From NCBI RefSeq assembly GCF_009914755.1, contig NC_060932.1: DNA of 64,000 bases. The stretch is one strand, 5' to 3'. Origin of the DNA: the human T2T-CHM13v2.0 reference genome, Homo sapiens. Positions within the stretch are counted from its first letter, which is position 1; the number at the start of each line of letters is the position of its first letter. Both the position numbers and the translations under genes were made by a program. Below are positions 1-14,640 of this stretch, in pieces. The notes below the pieces were generated by a model, which ran no database searches, was not told the DNA's origin, and saw nothing but the letters and a program-made list of their open reading frames with translations.

Positions 1-336
1 AGTGATGAAGGCATGTTAAAAGCCAAAATGGACGAAAATCTAGGCCTCTTGTGCCAAACAGTTAGCTAAGCTGTGAATGCAAAGGAAAAGTTCTTGGAGG
101 AAATTAAAAGTGCCAATTCGGTGAACATACAAATGATAAGAAAGTAAAACAGGCTTACTGCTGATACAGAGAATGTTTTAGTGTTCTGAATGGATCAAAC
201 CAGCTACGACATCCTCTTAATCCAAGGCTTAATTCAGAGCAAATGCTCTTAACACTCTTCAATTCTATGAAGGATGAGAGAGGTGAGAAAACTGCAGAAG
301 AAAAGTTGGAAGCTAGTAGAGGTTGGTTCATGAGGT

Positions 337-837
337 TTGAGGAAAGAAACCATCAACAGAACAGAACAGAACAGAACAGAACATAAAGCAGAAAGTGCTG
401 ATATAGCAGCTGCAGCAAGTTATCCAAATGATCTTGCTAAGATAATTTATGAAGGTGACTACACTACACAACAGATTTTCAGTGTGGATGAAACATCCTT
501 TTATTGGAAAAAAATGCCACCTAGGACTTGTGCAGCTAGAAAGGAGAAGTCAATGTCTGACTTCAGTGCTTCAAAGGACAGGCTGACTCTCTTGTTAGGT
601 ACTAATGTAGCTGGTGACTTTCAGTTGAAGCCAATGCTCATTTGCCATTTCCCAAATTCTAGGACCCTTAATAATTGCGCTAAATCTACTCTACCTGTGC
701 TCTATAAAGGAATCAACAAAGCCTGGACAACAACACAACTGTATACAGTATGGTTTACTACATATTTTAAGCATACTCTTGAGACCTACTTCTCAGGAAA
801 AAAAAAAGATTCCTTTCAAAATATTACTGCTCCTTAG
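337..837 (+). pseudogene. Tigger1 transposase fragment (start of DDE catalytic domain), disrupted
   Basis: ORF contains [16 protein letters not shown]...[24 protein letters not shown], typical of pogo/Tigger transposases. Stops and frameshifts flank it. Confidence 0.9.
355..382. repeat. (AACAG)n pentanucleotide microsatellite inside Tigger1
   Basis: Five AACAG copies plus a partial copy seen directly. Confidence 0.9.
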
Positions 838-1074
838 CAATGAACCTGGTCACCCAGGAGCTCTGATGGAGATATGCATGGAGATTAATGTTCTTTTCTT
901 GCTTGCTAACACAGCATCCAATCTGCAGCCCATGAATTAAGAAGTCATTTTTACTTCCAAGTTTTATTATTTAAGAAATACATTTTGTAAGGCTAAGGCT
1001 GTCATAGATACTGATTCCTCTGATGGATCTGGGCAAAGTCAACTGAAAACCCTCTAGAAAAAATTCACTTTTCT

Positions 1075-1403
<329 letters not shown>

Positions 1404-2148
1404 TAAGAACATTTATGATTCATGAGGGGAGGTCAAAATATCAACATTAACAGGAGTTTGGAAGAAGTTGACTTTAACCTTTATGGATAACTTTGAGAGG
1501 TTCAAGACTTCAGTGGAGGGAGTTACTGAAGATGTGGTGAAATCAGGAAGAGAACTCTTAGAATTAGAAGTTAGGCCTAAAGATGCGTGACTGAATTATT
1601 TCAATCCTATGTGAAAACTTGAGTGGAAAAACAGTTACTTCTTATGGATGGGCAAAGAAAGTGGTTTCTTGACATGGAATCTACTCCTGGTGAAGACTCT
1701 GTGAACATTTTTGAAATGACAGCAAAGAATTTAGAATAGTCCCATAAATTTCATTTATAAGGCGGTGGCAGAGTTTGCGAAGATTGACTCCAATTTTGAA
1801 AGTTTTGCTGTGGGTAAAATGCTATCAAATAACATCATATGCTACAGAAAAAACTTTTGTGAAAGGAAAGAGTCAATCAATGTGGCCAAATTTACTGTTC
1901 TCTTACTTTAAGAAATTGCCACAGCCACCTCAATCTTCAGCAAGCAGCACCCTCATCAGTCAGCCACCAACATGGAGACAAGATCCTCTGCCAGCAAAAG
2001 GATTACTACTCACCGAAAGCTCAGATTGTTAGCATTTTTTTAGCAATAAAGTATTTTTAAATTAAGGTGTGTACATTGCTTTTTTTAGACATAATCCTAT
2101 TGCACATTTATAGACTACAGTATAAGTAGTATATTATATGCATCTCCT

Positions 2149-2301
2149 GAGGCACACCTTGGAGACATTGCAGATTTGGTTCCAAACAACCACACAAAAG
2201 CAAATATAACAATAAAGCAGGTCACACAAATTTATTGTTTTCTCAGTGCATAAAAACGTTATGTTTACACTATACTGTAGTTCATTAAGTGTGTAATAGG
2301 A
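2149..2301 (-). mobile_element. Tigger1 3' terminal ~150 bp including TIR, inverted relative to the element body
   Basis: GAGGCACACCTTGGAGACATTGCAG...CACTATACTGTAG is the reverse complement of the Tigger1 right end (…ATCTCCGAGGTATGCCTG). Confidence 0.85.
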
Positions 2302-2510
2302 CACACCTATACAAAAAAGTTTACTTATTTTTAATAAAATTAAAATTTTTCTGCAGATTCTATGTTTTTATTTGCTAAATATGGCAAACATAAGTTAGGC
2401 ACAATAAAAAATTTCTTTTAGTGAGAATACTAGATCTGTAGGGTCATTCACTGTTTTTTGATTCTTCATGTTTTATTCACAAAACTGTGGGGATTAAGAG
2501 TCTCTGTCTT

Positions 2511-2610
2511 CTAGGATTGCTGTAAGAATTAGATGAGATTATGAATATAAAACACTAAGCATAGTGTTTGGCCCAGGGTGTGATTTCAGGAATGACAACT
2601 AATTATTAGT
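2511..2610 (+). mobile_element. MIR fragment (3' part)
   Basis: GGATTGCTGTAAGAATTAGATGAGATTATGAATATAAAACACTAAGCATAGTG resembles the MIR 3' half. Confidence 0.6.
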
Positions 2611-2919
2611 GCACTAAATACTAAATTTATTGAAATTTAAAATAAATACTTGGAGTAAAGGAATAATAGATCAATGTAAACTAATGGTTTCCTGAAAATG
2701 TGTGAAATGATTGGATTTTGAAGATGGCTGGTTTAGGAAATGAGAAAAGCAAAGAAAACTTTTTTATTTGATCCAGCTGTGGTGTAAGGAGCCACGGCAA
2801 ATTTACAGACTAATCACTGGATCTGGACGAGCCGAAGAGGAGACATTTTGACAGGTTGCTGGGATAAAACCATAAAATAAGTTTGCAAGGGGAGTGAAAA
2901 GGCAGATAATAAAGCACAG

Positions 2920-3190
2920 TGAAAGGCAGGCAGAAGAATTTGGATTTAATGTGGTATGTAAGAGGAAGCCCTTTTCAATTTTTGACCAAGGAAGTGAAAT
3001 GGTCAAATTGGCCCCTTATAAAAATTAATCTGTCAAAAGTATGCAAGATGGATTGGAAGGGAGAAAAATTTATCAGAGAGAGCAGTTATGATATTACAGT
3101 GATCTAGCTATGAAGCAATAAGGATCTAGATTAGTTGGTGACATTAGGCGGGTGGAGGAGCATGCAAATCAGGAAGATGTGTGCGAGGGA
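2920..3190 (-). mobile_element. L2 LINE fragment
   Basis: Degenerate match to antisense L2 (…TTTGGATTTAAT…GAAGCC…GTGAAATGGTCAAATT…AAGATGGATTGGAAGG…). Confidence 0.6.
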
Positions 3191-4910
3191 GAAATGCCAG
3201 AAACTGAGGAGGTGAAGCAAAGTCAAAGTGGTGTCAAGAATTCTTAAATATACAAATAGAAACATAAGAATGATGGGGAAAGTTAAGAAAATTGATAATA
3301 CTGGAAAATAGGACTCATTGTAGGCAATCTCCAGAACAGAAACAGAGATAACTTTTCTTGGAATTACATGATTTTTCTTCAAGGTTCAACCAATATTAGA
3401 TGGTTAGCTCTTTCATTTTGTGTAACACTTATTTTCAATTCAAATAATTCCCAGCAGGAGACTCTCACCTGATAGGGCTAGAAAATCAGGTACTGATTAA
3501 GAAAACAACCTGAATAGATCCTTGTAAGCCATTCCCTATGTTTACAGAATTATAGTTTAATGAAACATACTCAAATATAAGTAGACATAAGTATATTCAG
3601 CAATTTTTTTGGTATGTTGAAAGACCCTTCCTGGATTTATAAAGCATTATTGTGTGCATTAATTATAAATATTCTATATCCATATAAAAACATCAGATAA
3701 TAGCATTCTAGAATATAATATTTCAAATACACTACCTTTTTAAGCCTTTTATTTTGTGTTTTACACTTGATCTTCATTTTTTACACATTACCAAGTATTC
3801 CATATTAAATTACATAATTATATATGAAAAGAATTTTTATATTTTTCATGCTCAAATGTGGTCATTATTTATAATTTCCATGTCAGTTTCCTTTAACAAT
3901 TTTAATTTACTTCACACTTTTGTTAATAAGAAAAATAATTTTGGGGCATCTATCATCTAAAGCAATGAATTTGAGAAAAGAAAGTTAGGGAGAGTGATAC
4001 CAGGGGAAGTAAGAAAAAATAATCAGGAGAGTGGCTAAAGAGCAGAGAAAAAAAATCCCAAACCAACAACTATTATTTTCAAGGGTGTATCTGTTTTGAG
4101 TTAATGATTACCTTTCTTACTATGTAGCATATTTTTCTAGCAGATTTTTGTTATATATGACATATTTTTTTGTGTTGCTACATGTACTTTATTAATCTAA
4201 TCTTGAAGAAATTGATTTTTAAAGGTAGTAAAAATATTAATGTCCACATTTTCAGATCAGGCAAAGCAATGAATGTTAATAAAAATTGTCTACATTCTTA
4301 TAACTAGTAGGCAGCCTAAATAAATCTAGATCTTCCAACTTTTCCCACTATAATAATCTTTGGCAGAAAAAAATAATCAATAAATGTTGGTCAACTCTTG
4401 GAAAAGAAGCAGCAGAAGTGTTACTGCTATTTCCTTTGGCTCTATTAAAAAGCTGTTCACAGATGCAACATTCCAGCTCCCAAAAGTCCCTAGAATGGTT
4501 TATTGCTGTTCCCCACCCCAACCCCATTGGGAATTACATTATTCCTCTTCCCCAAGGAGTCTCATTCTGACATCTAAGAAATAACCACAGCTGGGCTGCT
4601 TTTCAGCCTCTCACAGACATTTTCTATGTTTCGACTAGATGTTAAAGAAAAAATTGAAAGCAAAGAAAATAATTTATTCAGTATACATAAATCATACTTG
4701 TTTAAAGAAGAAAATTGTAAATATACCACACTGAATATGTCAAAAATCAAGATTAACAGAACTACTTTGAAAATGTAAATTTATTTAACAATCAGTTGCT
4801 TTATATGTTTCATCTAAGCTTATTAATAAGTTGCCTCATATTATTTATTCTTCAGAGATTATAGACACCAGCTGATGAAAGCTTCATCCTATGTTCTGTT
4901 GTAGGGTATG

Positions 4911-5005
4911 CTTTCTTTCCTCCTTGCCTTTCCCCTTCTCCTCGTCCCCCTCTTCTTCCTCTTCCTCCTGCCTCTTCTTCTTCTCTTGTTTTTCCTCATC
5001 CTCCT
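4911..5005. repeat. Pyrimidine-rich low-complexity tract (CTT/CCT)
   Basis: About 95 bp almost purely C/T. Confidence 0.8.
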
Positions 5006-6589
5006 GTCCCAATCAACATTTTGTGACAATGATATAATCAGTGAATTGGTATATTTTAGCTATGCTGGCTAATTACTGATTATTTTCTAGTTTATAAATA
5101 TATTAATATGTTTGATAAGCTTGGGCACTAAGATTTCTACTACCAGGAATGTAATCATCTTGTTTCAGTTTCTTAACATGAATGAAAGAAAAACTTTGGA
5201 TTTGTTTCATGCCCTACTTTTTACGCAATGCCAACTCACTAAAATTTGAAGGTTGAGGGTTTGGAGAGAGGAAGAAAAATATATTGTTTTGAGTGGAGTA
5301 TTCTGTTTTTGCATTAATGATGATCTCTGTTGCTTGTGAAGCATATTTTTCTCTGGCAGATCTTTTGATTCTCTCTCTGACAGACTGCTGTATAACATGT
5401 TTAATGAACATGACATAGTATGTAGTAAGTATTCCTGACAGTTCTGAATAAATATTAATCACACTAAAAAAGACAATGACCTACTCTATTCCCTTCATCA
5501 TTAGAGGACCCAGTATACTTAATTCATTGCCCTGTGATTACAATGAACATCCAGGATCCTTTGGAAGAAATGTATGACTTATATTTTCATTTACTCCCTC
5601 TAAAATAAATTTCTTTTATACCTTCAAGTGATCAACACTATTTAAGAATATGCTTATATAAAGTCAAATAACCAAATAAGTAAGAAAGCCAGACAGTCAA
5701 ACATATGTTTTAGACGCCTCTTCTGTGATGTAGATCGTACATCTGGATGAATGGTTCTCTATTTAGACTTTTATTTGGAATACTTAAAATGATCAGGAAT
5801 TCTCTTCAAAGTCTTTCAAAATACAACATAAACACAGGCAAAAATGTAAGATTTAGTCCAAGAATCTTTTGGTAACCTTGACCTACTTACCACTCACTAA
5901 ATTTAAAGAAAAAATTGAGATAAATTGTATTGCGTATTATTTCAAACAAACAAAAACAAAAAAAGTTAAAGAATTTAGATTAATCAATATTTTTATGAGA
6001 TATAATCTTGATGAAATTAACATAAAGGACCCAAGAAAATAGAAATAAAGCTATAAAGCCAACTATTAGTAACAATTTTGGAAATGCTGACTTTTTATTC
6101 CACTTGAAATTATAGTTTGCCTGTAGATTCAGGGTGAACATATCACTTCCTTTTCAGTTAAAATAATAATTTTGACAAAGAGAAAAGCTAAATAGTCTTT
6201 TAAGACACGAATACTATACTTTAAAACACTATAAAAGAGATATAGTTCAAATTAAAACTAAATAACATTTTATTAATTTAATTTTGAAACATGGGCATAA
6301 GTAATTCACCTACCCATGATACAAAAGTTCTTGACCTTCACCTCCAACTTAACAATGGATATACAACTTTGTTGAAACTTTGAATGAATTAAATCTGTTA
6401 AAATTAACCCCCCTCCAAAAAAAAAAATGTTCTCAATAGAAATTCTGCCACAACAGTATTGAATTTCTCTAGGGTCAGCATTAGAGCTGGCTACCATTCA
6501 GAGAATATTTAGCTCCAGCTAATTGGAAGACTCAGATCTATTAAAGTCCAGGTCAATCTTCAGAAGCAGAGAAAAATGAATATAGAATA

Positions 6590-6830
6590 GTAATAACAAT
6601 AGCTAATATTTATTTAAAGTTTTCAGGTTGCCAAGAATTACATTGTATAATTTTTCATTTATTACTTCAAGAAATCCTCACAACTCAAAGAAGAAAATAG
6701 CGTTAGTTTTCATATCTTATATATGGAAAACTGGGACACAAAGAAGTTATGTAACCTGTCCAATGAGAGCCAAATTTCAGCCCCAAACAATTTGATCTCA
6801 GAACTTACAATTTTTATCACTACGCTACTC
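6590..6830 (-). mobile_element. MIR
   Basis: TAATAACAATAGCTAATATTTATT start and GGAAAACTGGGACACAAAGAAGTTATGTAACCTGTCCAA core. Confidence 0.7.
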
Positions 6831-6917
6831 CGTATCTGGGTAATGACTTAGGGTAAGTGTAAAGCTTAAGATTGCAAAATTGTTGTATATCAGCAAATAC
6901 AATAAGTATTTGGCAGA

Positions 6918-7300
6918 ATTCACTCATTCATTCATTCATTCATTTATGTTTTCTTTCCTCACATTAGTTGAGTTTATTGGATTCCTATAAGCCAGTTCCC
7001 ACATAAAATTAATTTCATATTGAAAAGCTAAGCACAACCCCATTTCAAGGAGCCAACGGACTTAACAATGGGAACAGGTTTTTTTCCCCTCATTAGGCTT
7101 TGTTTCTTAACCTGACAATTAAGGATTCATTAGTTCATTCTATTAAAAGCTTCAAATATACTTTGGACTTACAATATATCAGATACTTAAGTGAAAAATA
7201 TGGGCCCTGCCTCAAGGAAAGTACAGTGTGGTTGAAAAGACAGATATTTAACCAAGCATTTGAAACAACGTATTACTAAGGGCTACTCCCATGGGAAGCC
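6918..7300 (-). mobile_element. L2 3' end fragments with (TTCA)n tail
   Basis: (TTCA)n at 6918-6943 and GGCCCTGCCTCAAGGAAAGTACAGTGTGG…AAGACAGA typical of antisense L2 3' region. Confidence 0.5.
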
Positions 7301-9142
7301 ATGGGAGCAAATGTGAGTGTTGGGTAAGGCATGGATGTGGGGCCTGGCCCTGGAAATGTGGCTTCTGGGTTGCTTAATTCTAGGCGTCTTGGTTTGCATC
7401 AGAGGCTCTTAGAGAGCATCACCTGCCTGCAGCCATATGCGATGATCTGAGTTGTTCTTGAAAGTTTTGAATGAAAAACTGCGAGTAGAGGAAAATGCTT
7501 TGTAAATGGTGACATACTATACAAATATAAAATACTATATTGTTGTTGTCATGATTGTTATTAAATTACTATTAATAAATGATGTAAACAGATCCATTGT
7601 TTGCTTGGAAGATGGAGCAGCATCTTTCTAGCCCTGAATAGGAATGGAAGTTAGCAAAACAGACACTGTAGATTAGTAACATTTTGTCAACTTTTAAAAT
7701 TGCACAACAAAACGACCCTAATTCACCAATCATAATTACTATATGTACTTATTTGTGGTTGGTTTGTTATCTTAATTTTCCTATTTTGAGGAATCTTTGG
7801 TTAAGCTGGCAAGGCATTGATTGTTCCTATTCTGATTTCAAAATATATTTTTGTATCTGCACAAGGATATTATACAACTTGTGTGTTTTATCCCATATGT
7901 AGAAATGTCATAGAATTTTGAGAGTTGTGTTCCAAATGTCATACATTTTAGAAAATATACCTCTGATATATTTTAATGCTTTTGCTCTTAGAGTCTATAC
8001 AATTAGTATTTGCTGCTCTTCTTTATCTATATATTTTTCTTCATTGGAGTTTTAAAATAACATTTTTTTAACCTATAAAAAAGAGTGTTACTTGAAAACA
8101 CTCTCCAAATGTTTCAATATGTTACTTCATGCAGAAATAAGGATAAGGAAAATTCTGATAAAATTGTTTTCATCTGTGGACATTTTCCAAATTCCACTTT
8201 TGGTAAGTATTAATATCAACAGCAGGAAAAACTGGTAATACTTAGTAGGGGTAATTTTTCAAAGTACTAGTTGGAGTTTGAAGCCACACTATTCCTATTG
8301 ACCTTAATAGAAATCATATTTCTAAAATATAAGCAAATGATTTGAGTCTGTAAAATGTGCAGATTAGTCTGTAAAATGAGACTTAATATTGATATTTAAT
8401 TAACGATAGATTAACTCCAAACTTTGTTCTAAACATGCCACTTAAGTGCAATGATCAGAAAATGAACAAAAAACTGCATCTAAAATTAAAGAATCAATTC
8501 ATTTTGACATAAACATTTCCTCTACTTTGGGAATCTTTGCCTTTCTAATTATTCTTAAGTCCATGAAATCACTAGATGGTTTATGCCAGCATCATTAATA
8601 GGTAGAATGATGCCTGGAACATAAATGGCTCACAATATAATTTTGAATTAATTAAATAATTGAATAATCATGCTTTCCCTTCTCTTTTTCTCTTCAACTA
8701 AAAATTCTATCATGTCAGTATACATGAAAACAAATAATGAATGAAACAGAAAAGTTTGACTAAATAGTGATGTCTCCACCTCCTAGAGTAAGATTTCCCC
8801 ACTGATTTGTGTGCTGTTTCTGTAATGGAAAGGGCAGCTCTTCCAGACTTCTTTAACTTTGTGCATTTGGGGTTATTTTTTCAACTCTCTCACCTCTCAT
8901 CTCCCAAAATGGTTTCTATCACTCTGCCTTGTTTCAGAATTCACATGTACTTTCAATGGCTTTGTTCCAAAAGCTCGGAAAGTAAGTTTTAATTTGTCAG
9001 TTTAACCATTAACACAAGATATTGGTATTTATATTGGTAATTCTAAAAACAATTTTCTCTGCTTGACCTACATCAAACGTACAGAGAAAAATAATCTCTG
9101 CTTGACAATGCAGTCACTAATAAAGCAGGTAGAAGAGAAGGG

Positions 9143-9260
9143 AACCTACCATTTTTGAGTACCTACTATGTGCTACATACGATCTTGACAATTATTTATA
9201 GATATAGGTATTATCTGAATTTTAAAGATGTGGAAATGGAGACTTTTAGAAGTGAAGAAA
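9143..9260 (-). mobile_element. MIR fragment
   Basis: CATTTTTGAGTACCTACTATGTGC…ATTTTAAAGATGTGGAAATGGAGAC. Confidence 0.6.
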
Positions 9261-9471
9261 GTGTCTGATGCCCTTCTATCTTTTAGGAATATAGTAACTT
9301 GTGTAAGCTTTCAAAAGTGAGATCTTTAAAGTCTAAGTTCTTTCTTCCTATATCATAGTAGTTAATAGTATGCACATGAATATTTGTTTCTAAAACATAA
9401 TGCAAAGAAAAAATTAAAAATTAAAAAAACTTATCTTTAAAAAGAAAAAAGCCTAAGACTTTAAGAAAAAA

Positions 9472-9570
9472 ACATATGTATCTATAAGCACATATACTAT
9501 ATATGTGTAAATATATACACCATATATACACACATATACATGCTGTGTACACATGTATATGTGTGTGTAA
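9472..9570. repeat. Mixed (TA)/(CA)/(TG) microsatellite
   Basis: Seen directly. Confidence 0.75.
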
Positions 9571-9784
9571 CTTATATTTACATATAATTTACAATGTAAT
9601 AACTTTGTGTGATTTTAACAACTCTATATTACTCATCCAAAAAATTACATTTTGGTTTTATCAAAGTTTCTTCCTCTTCATATTTAAGCATATACAATGG
9701 TATTTAGTAACTCATAGGCTTCTTTTTTAAAAAAACTTCTAAAAGCTATTGATTTGTCTTTAAAATTTTAAATAAATGTTCCTA

Positions 9785-10080
9785 TTTTTAAATTTTTTAC
9801 TGATACATAGTATTTGCACATTTGGGGTACATATGACATTTTGTTACATGCATAGAATGTGTAGTGATCAAATCAGGGTATTTAGAATATCTGTCACATC
9901 AAACATTGACAATTTGTATATGTTGGGAATCTTTCCAAAACTCATTTCTAGCTACTTTCAAATGACTGCTATGTTGTTGTTATCTATAGTCATCCTATTC
10001 TGCTACTAAACATTAGAACTTCTTTCATCTAACTATCTGAGTAATCCATAGACCTCTAATCAATCCTGTCTTCCCTTCAT
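9785..10080 (-). mobile_element. L1MA 3' end fragment
   Basis: GGGGTACATATGACATTTTGTTACATGCATAGAATGTGTAGTGATCAAATCAGGGTA matches an antisense L1MA 3' UTR. Confidence 0.85.
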
Positions 10081-13000
10081 ATTCTTGTTTGAGTGGGCAT
10101 TAGAATCAAAGTTTTATTATTATATGATTGCATCATCCAATAGGTAATAGATGAAAAAAAATCCGTTACATGATTTGATAGTGGTGATGGGAAGTTTCAT
10201 GGGTTTGCAGAGACAGCACAGATTCTAAAGTCACACAGGACCAGTGCCAACTTACTGGGCTTATCACCATTAGCAAGGCCTCACTAAACCCGAATTTCCT
10301 CAGTTGTGAAATGGGCAAATTTATGTGCGGTTTAGAAATAACAAACTGCCTTGCAGAATGCCTCAATAAACACTTGGTAATGAACAAATAAATCCACTGA
10401 CCATTTTTAGTTGAACTCCATGGTAGGCACTTGTCTAGCATCTTCATAGAGTATCAGAGATTCCTATTTTCCTCATTATTTGTGTGAGATAAGCTATATT
10501 ATCTCAGACAAAACTAGAATAATCTGAACTAAAATATACTAGGACAAAATATTCAAATGACAACTTGCTCTGTTAACCACAATTGCCGTATTCCCCCTAC
10601 AACTCAGTTTGGCTAAATTCCTAAAGAGCAGAGATCCACAATATCTTGACAAAAATTAATAGTTAAGAGAAATTGGGATGAGCAGAAACTGAATAAAGCA
10701 ATTATCTGGAGACATTTCTCATTTGAAAGCTCATGTTAAATGGCTTCAAATAAAAGATATGTATTTATATGGTTACATGCATTGGCTATTATTGTTTTAA
10801 TGACATTCTTCTTATTAGCTGTGTATTTAGTAGCTTTTTTGTGTCTATAACTCTTTTTTGAAACTTTCTGGACCTCATATGTTTCTTCAATAAAATACAG
10901 ACACAAATACCATATATGCTTCAAGCCTTGGACTAGAACTGGAAATCTGAGATATTTCAGCTGCAATATCCACGAGTAAGTAAATTTGCAAACAATAAAT
11001 GTGAGTCTCTAAGCCTCTGCTCGAATAAAACGTAATGAATTATTTTATTTTCTTTTAGACTATTATTCACATTGTAACTTTTCAGTTTTTGCTAAGGATG
11101 AGTTGATATTTCTGAGATGCTGGTGCTCGGTGCTACTCAGGTGCTGTCATCATATCTTCAGTTGTACTGCTTCTCATGTCCCTTTTCACTGGCTGTGTCT
11201 TGGACAGACAGATCAGGGTTTTATAATGCACTCCTTAGAGAATGTTCCTCCCAAGTTTATTAGGAAGAAATGTTTTTTAGCTTGCTAGTTCTTATCTTTT
11301 TGCTTATTTTGTAGAGAATTATTTTTTATACACTGACGAAACACCTTTTCTTTAAGCAACCTTCTGCTCTCACAAATTCTTTATTCTATATTGGGGAAAT
11401 TAAAATAGCTGCACACGTAATATCTTTCTCCATACTGATTGGAAACTGCGCTCAGTGTCTCCTGATTTCTATTTCTAGTTTGTGATCAGATAAGAATCTG
11501 TCTGTGTTACGCCCATTTCACTCTGGTAGGGTAATCTGATCTTCTGAAGCTTTTGTGTTAAAATGACAAAACGTGGCTCACTGTAAATTTTCTTATTTAT
11601 CGTTTTTTTCTTTTTTTGTTTACATAAATTCATCATTCTTAAAGAAGATATTATATATGATGTTTTGGTGCTTACAAAGCTTTCTTGTGGCTATATGCAT
11701 GATGAAATAAAAATAAGGTTTCATTTGCATTAAGGCTTACAAGTTATTGTTATCATGGCTCAAATTGTGATTTAACGAAGGGCCTAGACCTCATGTTTAA
11801 TGCTATTCTCATTAGCTAGAAGAATAAAATGTTTCCTCTCCATAAAATATTTAGTGTAGGAAATATGTAAAAAAGAAATATGTTTGCAGATACAATTAGA
11901 ATGAAGGGTAAAATGTGTCAGATTTGGAGCAAAAGTGAAGGTGGGAATAGCAGTGTCATTTTAGGGCCTAATGTTGAAAGCCACTCTGTCTTGTATAATT
12001 CAATTCAGGAGACAATGACCTACATATTCAAGGAGGCTCTGGAATGTATGGTGAGAAATATATGCCCAGAAGAAAGAGAATGATAATTCTGATATGAGTT
12101 AATTATGAGAGATATCTTTCTAAGTGATGAGAGAAAAGAATCCTTTAGTATGAACACATCACTAAGTTTGCAAATATAATACGTATTTAATAACTGTCCT
12201 GTCTTTTTTGCCTGCTGAAGATACGTTTACTTGCTTTGTGTTATGTTTTCTTAATATATATTAAGAACAAAATTTATTTGTTAAAAACATTCATTTTAAT
12301 TATTCTTATTTGACAAAAATTTTAAGCTCTGACTTTAAGTTTTATCTGTCTCACAGCAAAATGAAGTTAACTTACAGAAATTATTTCGAAAACAACAGAA
12401 ATTTAGTTTCCATTTAAAAATGTTTTCTCAAAACTTTTAAAGAGAACATACATTCTGTTCATTTAAAACATTCATAAGTTGTCAATGGTATTTCCTTTTT
12501 ACTTAAAATCTCAGATATTTTATAGGCTGAGAAGCAATTTCTAGGTGAGGAGTAATCATTGGCCTAATAAAGGTAGATTGCTGTAAGCCTCTCTTCTCCC
12601 ATTTCCCTTCTTTGTGAACTTTATGCATCCACACTCTACATGCTCTTCCTACCCCCTACCATAAAATTGTCCAGCCATTTCTCACCCTCATTTGTATGAT
12701 TTTCCTTAATGGCCAAATGTGTCATGCTATTCCACATGGTCCCTTCATTCAGCTGAATCTGCTTGAAATTTTGCTCTTGATTTCCTTTGTCATTTTATAC
12801 CATCTTTCTCCTCCTTTTGTTTCCTGAATTCCTAAAATATTTTTTAGTATCTAACAAATTAACTAAACAAATAGCTCACATTTTTAATGCCAAAACAACA
12901 CGCTTTCTTTCCTGTATCTGAGTCAATGTGAATTTTACTAGGATTTTTTTTTTAATGAAACAAAATTACAAACTAAATCCAAGACTTCAAAGAATATTAA

Positions 13001-14524
13001 AACGTACCGACCAAACACCCACACCCACACACACACCCCACACATACCATCTTGTTCTATAAGTACTTTGCATCACAGAATTTTTAAAAAATTGGTTTCT
13101 AGTGTGATAACTAAAAATTTTGAACTTCCTGATCTTCGAATTTCTTAGTGCAAGCCAAATGCTTCAGGCTAAACCCATAACCATAAAACTGTATTTAGTG
13201 GAAATACAGGCTTCTTTGAAATGTGTGGTATTTTTAAACCTGGAACACTAGTTAACTTGTTATATGATAATTAGGATAAATGTGTATGTCGTTTTACTTT
13301 ATGATGCTTACTTAACACCATTTTGATTATTAGCAAGAGAAATATTCAGTGTTATGCTGTCGCTACCTCAAGCATTGATTAAACTCTCTGCTATTCATGA
13401 AGGCTGACAGGGATTCAAAGGAGGAAATGTAAAACTTGAAGGTACAGCAAAATAGTGACATTTCACTCTATAAAGCTGCCAATATTTTAATCCTGCATGT
13501 AAATCATTTTTATCAGTTCAATTCTATATCTTAATCTGTATACCAAGTAAAATACTCAGTTGTATTAACTTTAATAAATAACAGTGTGATATTAATCACT
13601 ATCTATTTCAAGGTCCTTGTGAGTAAGTGAGCTTTTGTTGTTGTTATTGCTGTTGCTGTTTTTCATACTGCTCCCCAATGTCCTTACCATCCTGTGAATA
13701 GATTGTTAAGGTATATTTTTCATTTTCCTGCAGTGAACAACCTACTTTTCATTATTTTGTTATTTAGAATCTTTACTTTCTCAGCTTAAATGATGTCTTT
13801 GTCAATGATAACACTGTATTCATTTAGAGTGATGATTGATATGGTAATAGATACAGTGTGATTGAAAGCAACCTTTGTCAATAAGAAGGGCAAATACTCA
13901 AACTGTGTATTGGTCTGAATTTGCTCATTATTGGAGACCTTTCATAGTCATATTGACTTGCTGTCCAAGTGTTGTTACTTACCTGATGCTTCCATTGTTT
14001 AAATGGTATAGACATTGGTATTGAACATAACATCTTCCAATATTTGTCTTAAAACACACATGGCTCAATTATGCAATGTTGTAGTATGTTATAAAAGTGT
14101 ATATAACAGAGATTTTGAGTTTAAATAAGAGATTTTAAAGTATATGAAAAAAATCAGAAAAACTTACAAGTACTATGTCGTTGTACTCTTAGTTCACTAT
14201 ATTCTTAATTTTAAAACACTGCTTTTGTCTGCTTTTATTAGCAAAAATATGTGTAAAAATATTTGAATAGCAAATATTTCATTATTACTTGAGTATTTGA
14301 TATTGTTATATTTGTCTTGGAACAGTTGTTACAAAATAGTTTGCTACAAATTCCATGACATTTTAACCTATACAGACAGAAACACATTCAAAACTACAAA
14401 ATTGTCCCTGAAGAGATTCAGTGCAAGGATCACCATTATGAAAGACTATTTGATCCACTCAGGAAGACTTGTTTTCCCTTTCCTCTGGGTGCCCCACACA
14501 GCTGTCAGAATGGGGATCATCTTC

Positions 14525-14640
14525 TTTCCCTGTAGGTCTATGTGCAGGCTGAGAACATATTTTCTTGTCCACGTTTTATGTCCTAGTACTTCCAAATGTG
14601 CCTGGCACTTAGTAGATGACATAAACATATTTGTTGATTC
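14525..14640 (+). mobile_element. L2 3' end fragment
   Basis: TGTGCCTGGCACTTAGTAGATG…ATATTTGTTGA. Confidence 0.6.

Noticed and set aside
337-837. Possible domesticated TIGD1-like gene
   Set aside because: The transposase is broken by stops, frameshifts, a microsatellite and an Alu, so it is a decayed copy.
8345-8378. 13-bp direct repeat AGTCTGTAAAATG (similar short repeats near 9056-9106 and 21346-21390)
   Set aside because: Common small tandem duplications with no further structure.
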